Positions 36,636 through 48,300 of a stretch of 64,000 nucleotides of DNA are shown one piece after another. The stretch covers positions 605,324-669,323 of the forward strand of contig CAWAWP010000003.1 of assembly GCA_963785845.1 (NCBI GenBank), given 5' to 3'. The notes below the pieces were generated by a model. It was not told where the DNA came from, did not search any database, and saw only the letters and a list, made by a program, of their open reading frames with translations. Made by a program: the position numbers and the translations under genes. The first letter of the stretch is position 1; each line of letters starts with the position of its first letter. Source of the stretch: an uncultured Chloroflexia bacterium. Its GTDB lineage: Bacteria > Chloroflexota > Ktedonobacteria > Ktedonobacterales > JADMIN01.

Positions 36636-37133
36636 ATGCAGCAGAGAGCAAAGAAAATACTGGTGTCGGCGGCGCTCGTCGGCACGTTCATCATCTACAG
36701 TTTGATCCACGGGCGCTCCTCGGGCGCGACGCCCATCGTGCTCGTGCCGCGCAGCGCAACGGCAACGGCGACCAACACTGACACGCCTTCCGTCGATGGC
36801 ACGGCGACCACGGGTCCCTCGCCGACGGCCACCGAGACGCCGAGCACGCTCTACAAGGATGGCAGCTATAGTGGCAGCGTTGCCGATGCGCAGTGGGGCT
36901 ACATCCAGGTCCAGGCGGTGATCAAGGGCGGCAAGATCACCGACGTGAAGTTTCTGCAATATCCCAACGAGCGCCAGCGATCCGTCGAGATCAACTCGTA
37001 TGCGGACCCGATCCTCACCAGCGAGGCGATCCAGGCGCAGAGTGCGAACGTCGATCTGATCAGCGGGGCGACGGACTCAAGCTTTGCCTTCATCCAATCG
37101 CTCAGCGACGCGCTGACCCTGGCGCAGGCATAG
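36636..37133 (+). CDS. Membrane-anchored extracytoplasmic FMN-binding domain protein (flavinylation substrate)
   Basis: N-terminal anchor KKILVSAALVGTFIIYSLI. FMN_bind-type core YKDGSYSGSVADAQWGYIQVQAVIKGGKITDVKF with the covalent-FMN motif DLISGATDSS (Thr codon 37071-37073). Confidence 0.8.
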   Translation: MQQRAKKILVSAALVGTFIIYSLIHGRSSGATPIVLVPRSATATATNTDTPSVDGTATTGPSPTATETPSTLYKDGSYSGSVADAQWGYIQVQAVIKGGKITDVKFLQYPNERQRSVEINSYADPILTSEAIQAQSANVDLISGATDSSFAFIQSLSDALTLAQA

Positions 37134-37142
37134 TCAACCTTT

Positions 37143-37886
37143 ATGAAAGAGACGCGCCTGCTGATGGGGATGCCGGTCACCGTCGAGGTTGCTGCTGCCG
37201 ACGTCACCGCAGACGACCTCGACGCGGTATTCGCGTACTTTACGTACATCGACGAGACCTTCAGCACCTATAAGGATGCGAGCGAGATCTCGCGGATCAA
37301 CCGTGGCGAGATCCCCGCCGCGCGCTACAGCGCCGACATGCGCACGATCCTGTCGCTCGCCGAGCAGACGAAACGCGAGACGCAGGGCTACTTTGCCATC
37401 GAGCGCGACGGCTACCTCGATCCTTCGGGGATCGTCAAGGGCTGGGCGGTGCGCAACGCGGCGCAGATCCTGCGCGACCGCGGCTTTGACCACTGCTACG
37501 TCGACGCGGGCGGGGATGCGCAGATCTACGGCGTCAAGCAGGGGAGGCCATGGCGCGTCGGCATCCGCAATCCCTTCAACCGCAACGAAAACGTCAAGAT
37601 ACTCGCCCTCTCAGACTGCGGCATCGCCACCTCTGGGACGGCGATTCGCGGGCAGCATATCGTCAATCCGCACGCGCCAGAGCTGCCGATCCGCGACATC
37701 GTCAGCATCAGCGTCGTCGGCCCGGATGTCTATGAGGCGGACCGCTTCGCCACGGCGGCGTTTGCGATGGGCGCGCGCGGCATCCAGTTCATCGAGCGGC
37801 GCGGCGGTTTGGAGGGCTACCAGATAGACCAGCATGGCATCGCCACCTCTACCAGCGGATTGGAAAGGTACGTCCTGCGGATATGA
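37143..37886 (+). CDS. apbE: FAD:protein FMN transferase (ApbE family), short form without recognisable signal peptide
   Basis: LLMGMPVTVEV...FTYIDETFSTYKDASEISRIN...GIVKGWAV...HCYVDAGGDAQIYG...WRVGIRNP...ATSGTAIRG...HIVNPH...SVVGPDVYEADRFATAAF. The start lies 9 nt after the upstream stop, and the stop overlaps the next start (ATGA at 37883-37886). Confidence 0.85.
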   Translation: MKETRLLMGMPVTVEVAAADVTADDLDAVFAYFTYIDETFSTYKDASEISRINRGEIPAARYSADMRTILSLAEQTKRETQGYFAIERDGYLDPSGIVKGWAVRNAAQILRDRGFDHCYVDAGGDAQIYGVKQGRPWRVGIRNPFNRNENVKILALSDCGIATSGTAIRGQHIVNPHAPELPIRDIVSISVVGPDVYEADRFATAAFAMGARGIQFIERRGGLEGYQIDQHGIATSTSGLERYVLRI

Positions 37887-39403
37887 TGGCTCCCCTCGAC
37901 TATTTTCTCGACCGCATCACCATGTACCGGCTGACGCTCTACGTGCTGATCGGCTACGTCCTCGTGGGCGCGGTGGAGGCGCAGCTTGGACTGCTGCCAT
38001 ATTCGCCCGTGTGGATGCTGGTCTCGGCGGGGTTACTCGCCCTCATCTGTTGGGCGGCGAACGCGGTGCTCGCGTGGGCCTTCGAGGTGCCCACCAATGT
38101 GGAATCGGCGTACATCACCGCGCTGATCCTCGCGCTGATCCTCGATCCCGCAGAGTCGCTTGGTGGCTTGCAGTTGCTGGGCTGGGCCGCGGTGTTGGCG
38201 ATGGCCTCGAAGTATTTGTTGGCGCTCTCCCACAAGCATCTCTTCAATCCCGCGGCGATCGCGGTGGTGATCACCGCGTTCGCGCTGGGCGAGCCGGCGA
38301 GTTGGTGGATCGGCACCGGCGCTATGCTGCCAGTGGTGGTGATCGGCGGCTTGTTGATCGTGCGCAAGGTGCGCCAGGAGGCGATGGTTGGCGCTTTCCT
38401 CGCGGCGTCGCTCGTCACGGTGATTGGCGTGAGTTTGGTGCAGCAGCTTGGCTTCGCGCGCGAAATGCAGCAGTTAGTGGTGGAGTCGCCGTGGATCTTC
38501 TTGGCCACGATCATGCTCACCGAGCCGCTGACCGTGCCGCCGACGCGCGGCCTCAAGCTGATCTACGCCGCGCTGACCGGCATGCTTTTTGTGCCGCAGA
38601 TCCACGTGCTGCAGCTTTACTCTACGCCTGAACTGTCGCTGGTTGCTGGCAATATCTTCGCCTATCTGGTCAGCCCGAAGCAGCGTGTCTCGCTCAAGCT
38701 GAAGAAGAAGACCAAGCTGGCGCCCGATATCCTCGATTTCGTCTTCGCGCCGTCGCAGCGCCTCACGTTTGTGCCGGGGCAGTACATCGAGTGTACGTTG
38801 GAGCACCCGCACCCCGACAGCAGGGGCAATCGTCGCTATTTCACGCTGGCGTCGTCGCCGACGGAGGATGCGCTGCGGCTCGGCGTGCGCTTCTATCCGC
38901 GGGGCAGTAGCTTCAAGCGCGCGCTGGCGGCGATGTCGGGCCGCGGGACGATGGTGGCGGGGCAGGTCGCGGGTGACTTCACGCTGCCGAGCGATCATCA
39001 GCGTAAGGTGGCGTTGATCGCTGGAGGGATCGGCATTACGCCGTATCGCAGCATGCTCAAGTATCTCGTCGACACGCGGCAACGGCGTGACGTCGCCGTG
39101 CTCTATGCTAACCGTTACGCCGGTGAGATCGTCTATCGCGACGTGCTCGAGGCGGCGCAGAAGGCGTTCGACGCCAAGGTGGCCTACACATTGACCGAGC
39201 GCTCGGCGATCCCCAAGGATTGGCATGGGTACAAGGGTAGGATCACCGATCGCATGATCGCGTCTGCGATCCCGGATTACCGCGAGCGTGCGTTCTATAT
39301 CTCGGGTCCGCCGGAGATGGTGCGCGCGACTGAGCGTGTGCTGCACGCGTTGGGCGTACACCGCAGCCACATCAAGAAGGATTTCTTCCCGGGGTTGGTG
39401 TAG
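37883..39403 (+). CDS. Fusion of an RnfD/NqrB-like polytopic membrane domain with a ferredoxin-NADP reductase-like FAD/NAD(P)-binding domain
   Basis: The N-terminal ~270 aa carry RnfD/NqrB-like blocks (HLFNPAAIAVVI, WWIGTGAMLPVVVIGGLLIVRKV, FLATIMLTEPLTVPPTRGLKLIYAALTG). The C-terminal FNR-type motifs are RRYFTLASSP (RxY[ST]), GGIGITPYRSM (NAD(P) binding) and FYISGPPEMV. Confidence 0.8.
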   Translation: MMAPLDYFLDRITMYRLTLYVLIGYVLVGAVEAQLGLLPYSPVWMLVSAGLLALICWAANAVLAWAFEVPTNVESAYITALILALILDPAESLGGLQLLGWAAVLAMASKYLLALSHKHLFNPAAIAVVITAFALGEPASWWIGTGAMLPVVVIGGLLIVRKVRQEAMVGAFLAASLVTVIGVSLVQQLGFAREMQQLVVESPWIFLATIMLTEPLTVPPTRGLKLIYAALTGMLFVPQIHVLQLYSTPELSLVAGNIFAYLVSPKQRVSLKLKKKTKLAPDILDFVFAPSQRLTFVPGQYIECTLEHPHPDSRGNRRYFTLASSPTEDALRLGVRFYPRGSSFKRALAAMSGRGTMVAGQVAGDFTLPSDHQRKVALIAGGIGITPYRSMLKYLVDTRQRRDVAVLYANRYAGEIVYRDVLEAAQKAFDAKVAYTLTERSAIPKDWHGYKGRITDRMIASAIPDYRERAFYISGPPEMVRATERVLHALGVHRSHIKKDFFPGLV

Positions 39404-39621
39404 CGCACCTGGCGGTTGCAGTCGGCGGCGTCTCGCCAGCCCGCGCGACACGCGCTACCGGATTCGCTACGAGATTACTTCGACGCGCTGGGGGTGTATC
39501 GTCTATGACAGACACGCAGGCGTTCACGGCGTCCATCGGGCGCTTGACATCATTGCGGAACTCGCGGTGCGGCCGCGCGTCGGTATCGTAGACCAGTTTG
39601 GCGTCGAGCCGCGGAGCGTCG

Positions 39622-40360
39622 TCAGGTTTCATCCTGCGTATGAGGTGGGCGACTGCGCGTTGGCCGCGACGGCCCCCAGAGCGATACCAGCCGTGCAACG
39701 ACGATGACGAGATAGATCTGGCCAACAAGCGCTTCTAGCATCGCGAAGGTCTGGCCGACGCTCCCTGCCGGCACGAGGTTGCCGTAGCCGACCGTCGTGA
39801 GCGTCGAGTAGCTGAAGAAGAGATACTGACTGGCCGTCGCGTGTAGTTGACCGGTAAAGAACGGCAGCGAGCTTACATAGCCTATCGCCATAAATAGCAG
39901 AGCGAACGAGAATCCGAGCAAGAGATACACGCAAACAGCGCCGAGAACTGTCTCGGTCGTCACTCGCTCGTGCATACATGATGCGTCGCAAAATGGCAAC
40001 CGGCGTGATCAGGAGTAAGCACCCGCCGAAGAGCGAGAGTAATCGACCTGAGACGGGATCCCCTGCCACGAGCAGGCTGGCAAGCGTGAGCAAGGTGCTC
40101 ATCAGGAAGTAGGCGACGGCCAAGAGTTGCCAGAAGCGAGGGGCCTGAGACGTGCGAAGCGCGAACACGAAGGTAGCACCCAGCAACACGACGATAACAG
40201 CCTGCCCCCAGCCGCTGTCGGAAATCGCCGACACGGCCACATAGTCTATGACGATGAGGAGGAGCACTATCCCATAGCTGTCGGTAGGTCGAATGTGAGC
40301 TTCGGCCAACTGGCTATGCCGCTGCGACTGCGACAGTTTACTCGGCTGCTGTGCTGCCAT
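39622..40360 (-). pseudogene. Two-TM-pore potassium channel family protein, reading frame broken once (around nt 39975-40000)
   Basis: The N-terminal half lies in the frame of 40360 (...SYGIVLLLIVIDYVAVSA...LLLITPVAILRRIM) and then turns to nonsense. The frame ending at 39622 continues with HERVTTETVLGAVCVYLLLGFSFALLF... and the K+ selectivity filter STLTTVGYGN. Confidence 0.7.
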
Positions 40361-40529
40361 CGGATTCCCGCATCACGCAATGGGGCCAGCCCGGTCACGG
40401 GTGCCAGCAACACCACACATGGAGAAAACAGCCACAGGAGAGGTGGTCTCTCGTGGCTGTTTTGCAGTTTGTAGGTACCGCCTACGCCCAGCGGCGGTAC
40501 CGATCAACAGATGCGGACCCTGGTGAACG

Positions 40530-41114
40530 TTACGGGGCGGTGCTGGAAGTAGCGGTCCCGGACGGAGTTTGAGGTGGGGGAACTGTCTGCGCCTCGGCGG
40601 CCTCTTGCGCCCGAGACACCTGCTCGCCACCGCCCTGATTCAAAGCCTCTTGCAGCTTCTCCTCGGTCTCCTTTGGCAGCGACGTCTGGAGGATGGTCCC
40701 GCCGTATTGAGCCAGTTCAGGCACCACTTTGTCGGGGGTCGACCGGCGGATCAGCATAAAGATCGCCGACGAACGGGGCTGCATGGTCGCTGCGATTTGC
40801 TTGGCAAACCTGTCGTCGATTCCATAGTCAGACAGCTTGCCAGAGATCGCTCCTAGGCCCGCGCCCACGGCGAAACCAAGGAATGGCACGAAGAAGAGCA
40901 GCCCGATGAGCATACCCCACATACCGCCCCACGCAACCCCCGCGCCCGTCAAGCTGGTGTTCTGATGCAGCTTGATTTTGCCCTTTGCGTCCTTCGTGAC
41001 ATAGCACGCATCGTCGAGATCGATGAGGTACTCTTTGTTCAGCCGTCGCAATGCGGCGAGCACCTCCGCAGCCCGATATTCATCGGGATACGCAACTACC
41101 ACGAGATTACTCAT
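40530..41114 (-). CDS. DUF1269-like membrane protein (general-stress type)
   Basis: GGAGGAG RBS before ATG 41114. MSNLVVVAYPDEYRAAEVLAALRRLNKEYLIDLDDACYVTKDAKGKIKL, a Gly-rich membrane hairpin (GVAWGGMWGMLIGLLFFVPFLGFAVGAGLGAISG), and LSDYGIDDRF. Confidence 0.8.
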   Translation of the reverse strand: MSNLVVVAYPDEYRAAEVLAALRRLNKEYLIDLDDACYVTKDAKGKIKLHQNTSLTGAGVAWGGMWGMLIGLLFFVPFLGFAVGAGLGAISGKLSDYGIDDRFAKQIAATMQPRSSAIFMLIRRSTPDKVVPELAQYGGTILQTSLPKETEEKLQEALNQGGGEQVSRAQEAAEAQTVPPPQTPSGTATSSTAP

Positions 41115-42315
41115 GCCAACTCCTCCAGTTTTCCTACGCTCCCTGTTTGGTCTTGCCCTTGCCCAGGTACGCATCATCAAGTCGCCATCAAAACTCTCGG
41201 AGCCACGATGTCACAAGGATTGCGACTCTGAAGACTGTCTTGAACGCTGATAGCGTTTCACTGCCTCAGGTGGACCGAGTCGGAACGGGCGTGCGTTCCA
41301 GATGCACCCTCAGCATAGGCTGCCCTTGCCTTGGAAGCACCATGCATTGGGCTTGACTGCGTGGGGAGTCATACGCTCATTCGCGGCGAGGTCTGGAGCC
41401 TCGCCTCTGGTTGAGGAGGCAACTGACTCTTTCCGTCGCCGTTTCGGGCACTCTGAGGAGACACGGTGACGCGAGGCCATCTCCGGGTTGCACGGCAGAC
41501 ATACCTCGTCAAGCGGGCAGCAAGAGCATGAACGCCGGCGTCCGGCACACCGGTTGGGTTAGCTGCTCTCATAGTGAGCGGACGGTGACGAGCCTCGACC
41601 AAGGGTGAGGTGTCGGCTAGCTCTGGGGCGCATGAGAAACTCGACGGTCAGTCAAAACCATCGTGCGTTTTCACGCAGCGTGTTTGGCGGATAAGATGGA
41701 GCAACTGGCGAACAAGCCCAGCTAATCGATCTCGCTTGTCGATTGGCAACGGTGAGCAGCGCGTCGGGGGCGCGGAAGGGATGGACGCAACGATGAGTTG
41801 GCAAGCGTAGGGATAGAACCCCGTCAGCGACTGGTTGGGCAGGGCACTTGTTCAGAGGGTGTTGCCCGCTGTGTCAACGATACGATTGGCCCGCTGCACC
41901 TCTTCGCAGTGCCCTTCAAGGTGCACTCACTTGGCCGCTCGTGGGCTTGTGCCCCGCAGCGGAAGATACCACCTTCGCCGCTTATCATGTTGACGCGCTG
42001 GGCACAGGCGCACGCCTAGGGTTGACCCGCCGCGCAGGAATCTTCAGGAATCTTCAGGTGCGCTCCGCAGGTGCGCTCGGCTGGCATCGACCCACGCTGG
42101 GCGCCACATCGCACACACAATTTGCTCCGCGACGGCATGCTGGCCGAACTAGTCAGGACACTGCGTTATCTCCGGCACCGACTGCGATGTGACGAACGCC
42201 GAACCTTTCTTACACCGCTCGTTTTCGCCGCAGCTTCGTGCGGTGCGCGAGCGCATGTCGCCACCCACATCACATGCAACATAGAGCTTCCTGAAACAGG
42301 GAGAGGAGGCAGGCC

Positions 42316-45300
42316 ATGAGCTACTTCAGTGAGCGCCTCATCGCCGCAAGGTCGGCGTTGGCGCATTACGCGGACCGCTTCAGATGGATGCCGCCAGCTC
42401 AATTGGACGCCCTGGCCGAAAAACGTGGCACAGATTCTCCGCATACGGCGAGTCGTCGCTTGGGCCTAACGACTCTCGCAGACCTCATACGCATCAGCCG
42501 CCCAGCTTCGTTCTCATTTGCAGCGCCCTCTCGGCGATCCATCGTCGCGACGCTCGTGCTGTGCGGCGCCTTTTATTGCGCGGCGCGGATCGGGCTCGTG
42601 CTCCATTTCCCCGAGTCCCTTGTCTATTTCGTCTGGCCGCCGAGCGCAATCTTGTTCGTGGCGCTGGTGCTCTCCCCGCGCCGTAACTGGGGGTTGTTTG
42701 CGCTCGCGTTGCTTCCCGTCCACCTGGCCGCCGAGATGGGGAGAGTCGCGGCGCCATTATCCTCGCTGCTGCTGTTTTACGGAATTGTCTGGCTTCAGGC
42801 CCTTGTCGGCGCCTGGTTCGTGGGCCGCTTCGCCGCTCGCCCGCTGCGCCTGACTACGTTACATGATGTGATCGTCTTTCTGCTCGGCGGAGCCGGTGCG
42901 GCTGCCCTCACAGAGGCACTGGCACTCGCCACGGTGCTGTGGATGACGGCAGGCGGCACAGACATCTGGTTGATTTTTGCCCAGACACTTTTTGCCGACA
43001 CGCTCACCATGCTTGTGCTTGCTCCGGCGCTCGTCACCGGATGGGCCGCTCTTCAGCGCATAGGATCTGCGAATGGAATACCGATCGGTGGCAAGCTTTG
43101 GCTTGCGCACGTAAGGAGTGAGATCACCGCCAGGCTGCAAGCCGTTTCGGCCTCACAGGTGGTGGAAGTGAGCCTCTTATCGCTTGGGCTTCTGGGAACT
43201 GGTCTGGTGGCCTTTGGCGGGTACTTCTCAGTGCCTGGCGCGTTACCGGCGCTCCTCTACACGATCTTGCCGCTGTTGCTCTGGGCGGCTGTGCGTTTCG
43301 GTCTCGGGATCACAAGTCTCGCCCTCTGTGGCTTGACGCTGCTGTCTATCGTCTTCGCGATCCACGGACGCGGACCGTTCGGCGCATACTCTACGACTGA
43401 AAACCTGTTCGCACTGCAGTTGTTCTTCATCGCGATTTCGGTGCCCTTGCTCATTTTGGCGGTGCTCATGCAAGAGCGCCGCACGGCCAAGGATGTGTTA
43501 GAGCAGAGTGAGCTCCGCTACCGCGATCTGGTGGAGTCGCAACCGGACATGATCTGCCGCTATCTGCCCGATTCTACCCTGACGTTCGTTAATGAGGCCT
43601 ATTGTCGAGCTTTTGGGAAGCCACGAAACCAGCTTATCGGCACAAAGTTTGTCGATTTTATGGACGACGCATCGCGGGAGCATCACGCGCAGTGCATTGC
43701 AGCGCTGCTGGCGAATCCGCTTGCCTCGGTTGACGAGCACGAGACGATGCTCCCCAATGGCAGCCGCGGCTGGCAACAGTGGGTTGACCATGCCATCTGC
43801 GATGCGAACGGCAACCTTGTCGAGGTGCAAGCCGTGGGGCGAGACATTACCGACCGCAAACGCGCGGAGGATGCGCTGCACGAGAGTGAGGCCCGCTTCC
43901 GGGCGGCGTTCGAGTCGGCTGCCACAGGCATGATGCTTGTGGACGCGACCGGCCGGCCATTCCAGGTGAATCGTCCTCTTGCCGAGATGCTGGGATACAC
44001 CCAGGACGAATTGCTCACTCGCACCTTCACGGAGCTAACCTACCCCGAAGATATAGAGGGCAATCTGTCGCTCTTCAAATCGGCCCTCGCGGGCGAAATC
44101 CAAGGATACCAGTTAGAGAAGCGCTTCATCCATAAGCAGGGTCATCTCGTCTGGGGCTTCCTCAGCGCAGGCGTTGTGCGCGATGCCGCGGGTCAACCCC
44201 TGTATATGGTAGGCCAATTGCAGGACATTACCGAGCGCAAGCGCGCCGAGGAGGCACTGCGCGCGAGCGAAGAACGCTACCGCGCGGTGTTAAACAACCT
44301 CCCTCATGGCGTTGTGCTGCTCTTCGACCACGCGCTGCGTCATGTGTTCGCCGATGGGCAGGGTCTACCCGACATCGGGCTTTCCAAGGCGCGGATAGCG
44401 GGTAAAACCATCTGGGAGGTCTTTCCGCCCACCATCTCAGCTACGTTGGCGCCGCGGTATCAGGCGGCGCTCGCTGGTACACAGGCAGCGTTCGATCTCA
44501 CCCATGAGGGTCGCACCTATCAGACACACATGCTGCCTATAGAATATGGCGGCACCACAGCGGGCATGGCCGTGTTGCAAGACGTCACCGAACAGCGTCG
44601 GGTAGAGGTGCTGGCCGAGCTCGACCGGACCAAGACGGCCTTCTTCAGCAACGTAAGCCACGAGTTTCGCACTCCGCTGACGCTGCTGCTGGGGCCGGCG
44701 GCGGACGCGCTGGCTGACCTCAAGGCACCGCTGCCCCCTCGACAACGTCAGCGATTGGAGTTGATCCTGCGCGGCAGCCAGCGTTTGCATAAACTGGTCA
44801 ACACGCTGCTCGAATTCTCGCGGATAGAAGCGGGGCGCGTCCAGGCTACCTATGAGCCAACCGATGTGGCCGCGCTCACAGCCGATCTCGCTAGTTCGTT
44901 CCGCTCAGCAGCCGAGAGCGCGGGATTGCAACTGATCGTGAACTGTTCGGCACCGATCTGTCTGCGCGGACCAGTCTACGTGGACCGCGAGATGTGGGAA
45001 AAGATTGTGCTGAATCTGGTCTCCAACGCGCTGAAGTTCACCTTCGAAGGCTCGATCACCGTCGCGGTGAACGCCGCCGGTCAGGAAGGTGAATGGGTAG
45101 AGTTGGAGGTGCGGGACACGGGGACTGGTATCCAAGCGGAAGAGCTGCCGCACCTGTTTGAGCGATTCCATCGTGTGCAAGGCGCGCGGGCGCGCACATA
45201 TGAAGGGTCGGGCATTGGTCTCTCACTGGTCGAAGAACTGGTGAAACTGCATAGTGGCACGGTGCGGGTGACGAGCGCCGTAGGAGTGGGGAGCACCTTT

Positions 45301-48300
45301 ACAGTCTCCATCCCCACCGGCGATGCTCACCTGCCGGCTGATCGCATTGAACGTCAAATGGGTCCTCGTAGAGCGCAAAGCCAGACGTTTCGCGCAGAGA
45401 GTGCGGCGCTTTTCACCGACGAGGCGATGCGCTGGATCGCGGAGCCAGAGCAGGCGCAGCCATCAATGGATTCGCAACACACGCATACGGGAACCGAGAC
45501 GATCCTTGTAGCCGACGACAACGCCGACATGCGCACCTATCTCGCCACGTTGCTCGGCGAACGCTGGGATGTTCGGACGGCAGGCGATGGTTTGGCTGCG
45601 CTGGCTGAGGCGCGTGCGCGGCCGCCGGATCTGGTCCTCGCCGATGTGATGATGCCGGGCCTCGATGGCTTCGCCCTGGTCGCGGCGCTTCGGGAAGATC
45701 CATCGACCGATGCTGTGCCGGTTATCTTGCTGTCGGCGCGCGCGGGAGTCGAAGCCACCGTCGAGGGGTTACATGTCGGCGCCGACGACTATCTCATCAA
45801 GCCTTTCTCCGCTGGCGAGTTGCTCGCCCGCGTGCAGACTCATCTCGAACTGTCGCAGAGGCGTAAGGAGGCGGCGGCGCGAGCCGCGCAACTGGATGCG
45901 ATCTTCGAGGCGATCGGCGACGGTGTGCTCGTGCACGACCTTGGCGAGAACAAGTTGCATGCTAACCGAGCGTTCCGCGATCTCTTGCGGCGGCGCCTGG
46001 AGATGCGGGGCCAGTCAGTCGACCCTGAGACTCTCTTGCTTGCTCCGGCGGTGAGGGAGCGCTACACCACAATCAGTGATGAGCATGGCCGCGAGATTCC
46101 GCGAGAAGAGTGGCCATCGGAGCGAGCGCTGCGGGGCGAGACGCTCACGGGGGCGAATGCCGTCGATGAATTTACCGAGGGACCCGGCGGGGAAATCTTG
46201 CAAGTGAATGTCTCGGCTGCCCCCGTCCGTAGCGCCAGCGGGCAGATAACGGGAGCCGTAGCGGTCTTTCGCGACGTCACCGAACGCCGCCGACTTGAGC
46301 GGCAGGTAGTGGAGCAGGCAAGCCAGCTTCAGGCCGTGTTCGATGCTATGACGGACGGTGTCTTTGTTTTCGGTGCAAATGGGCGCGCGACACGCATCAA
46401 CTCGGCGTCGCGTGCGGCGTTCGGCTACGTGCCAGGTGACTGTCTCATGAGCATGGAGCAAACACCTGCGCAGGCGCTTGTTCCCCGCGAAACCGACGAG
46501 CAACCACTGCCCGACGAGCAACTACCCACCGAACGCGTGCTGCGAGGGGAAGTGCTGACGGCAGACAATGCGTTTACTCAGGTAGTTCACGCTCCCGATG
46601 GGCATGAGCGCACCATGAGCCTCACCGGTGGACCATTGCGAGACGCGACGGGTCAGATTACCGGCGGAGTGATTGTCGCCCGCGACGTGACGGAGTTGAA
46701 GCGGACCCAGACTATGCTGGCGCAGCAAGAGCGCCTGTTTCGCACCTTGGTCGAGAATTCACCCGACACCATCACGCGCTTCGATCGCAACCTACGCCAT
46801 CTGTACGTGAGCCCGTCCTCGGAGAGTCTGACTGGCGTACCGGCGCAGGCGAGACTGGGCAAGACCTATGTGGAAAGCGGGTTCCCTGAGGCAGCAAGCG
46901 CTCCATGGGAGCACGCCTTGCGAAGGGTCTTCACGACGGGCAAACCACAGACGTTCGAGAGCAATTATCACGCGGAGGACCGACCGCCGCATGTGTCGCG
47001 CGTAAGCTACGTTCCGGAGTTTGCCGCCGACGGGAGCGTGGCGTCGGCACTGTGCATCACCACCGACATTACCAAGTTGAAACAAGTGGAGGAGGCACTG
47101 CGACAATCTGAAGAACGTTTCTCGAAAGCGTTCCGCAGCAGTCCGATCGCGATGATAATCCTTTCGCGCGCTACCCAGCGCATACTGGACGCCAATGTGG
47201 CGCTCTCCAGGCTTACGGGATTCAGGCATAGCGAGCTCTTAGGGGCTACCTTGCTCCAACTCCGGCTCCTCTCTTCCAGTGCGTCCAGCGCGTTTGCCTA
47301 TCGCAAGCGTGTGAGTCGAGAGGGGAGCGTGATCGAGATACCATTCCGCATCCGGACTAAGTCCGGAGAAATTCGCTCGTGTCTCAGCTCAACGGCATCC
47401 ATCTCAGTCGACGGCGAGCCCTGCACCATCATGAGCATCCGTGACGTGACGGAGCGCGAGCGGGCCGAGAAGGCGCTGATAGCAGCGAGGGCGATGGCCG
47501 AAGACGCCCAACGCGACGAGGCGCGGCGAAGGCGCGACGCCGAACGCCGGGAGCAGATCGCCGAAAGTCTGCGAGACGTGCTCACGATCCTCAACTCGGA
47601 CCGGCAAGTGGCCAAAATCCTCGACTACATCACGCGGCAGGCTGGGCGATTGCTCAGCAGCGAGGCGGCGGCGATCTACATGACGGCATCGGCAGTTGCG
47701 AGCGATAAGGGGCCGGAGGCATGGGCGACGCCAGCTTCGGCGGAGGGCCGAAAGTCTCTCGTCCTTCAGGCTGCCTTTGGCCTCCCCGCCGCATTTACCT
47801 CATCAGGGAAGCATCGCTTGAGCGTCGGCGATGCCGCCGTACACCGGGCCATGGTCACGCGGCGGCCGGTCGCCGTTCTGGCTCCGTCCTTCGCCGTGCC
47901 TGAGCGCGCTCGCGAAGGCCGAGAGAGCGCACAGCGGATAGCGTCTATTGAGTCAGTTGAAACGGAGGCACTGGCCGGAGACGCTGCATTGGCCTACGTC
48001 GACGTGCGCCACGAGCCACTTCCCGCGCCCCATCGAGCGTTGCTGGCGGTTCCAATTGTCACTCAGGGCCAGACATACGGCAGTCTCCTCCTCCTCTACA
48101 CCGAGCCGCGCAACTTCTCCGCCGACGAGGTCGCGCTTGCCATGGCGTACGGCGATCAGATCGCGCTGGCGGTAGCAAACGCCCATCTTCAAGGCCACAT
48201 CGAGCGGGCGGCAATCGAGGCCGAGCGCAATCGGCTCGCACGTGAGCTGCACGACACCGTCACTCAGGAGATTTTCACCGCTAGTATGTTGGCGGAGTCG

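Noticed and set aside
39372-39728. 118-aa minus-strand ORF between the FNR-fusion gene and the K+ channel gene, as a possible gene fragment.
   Set aside because: It overlaps the channel C-terminus in another frame and has no motif or RBS. Evidence is insufficient.
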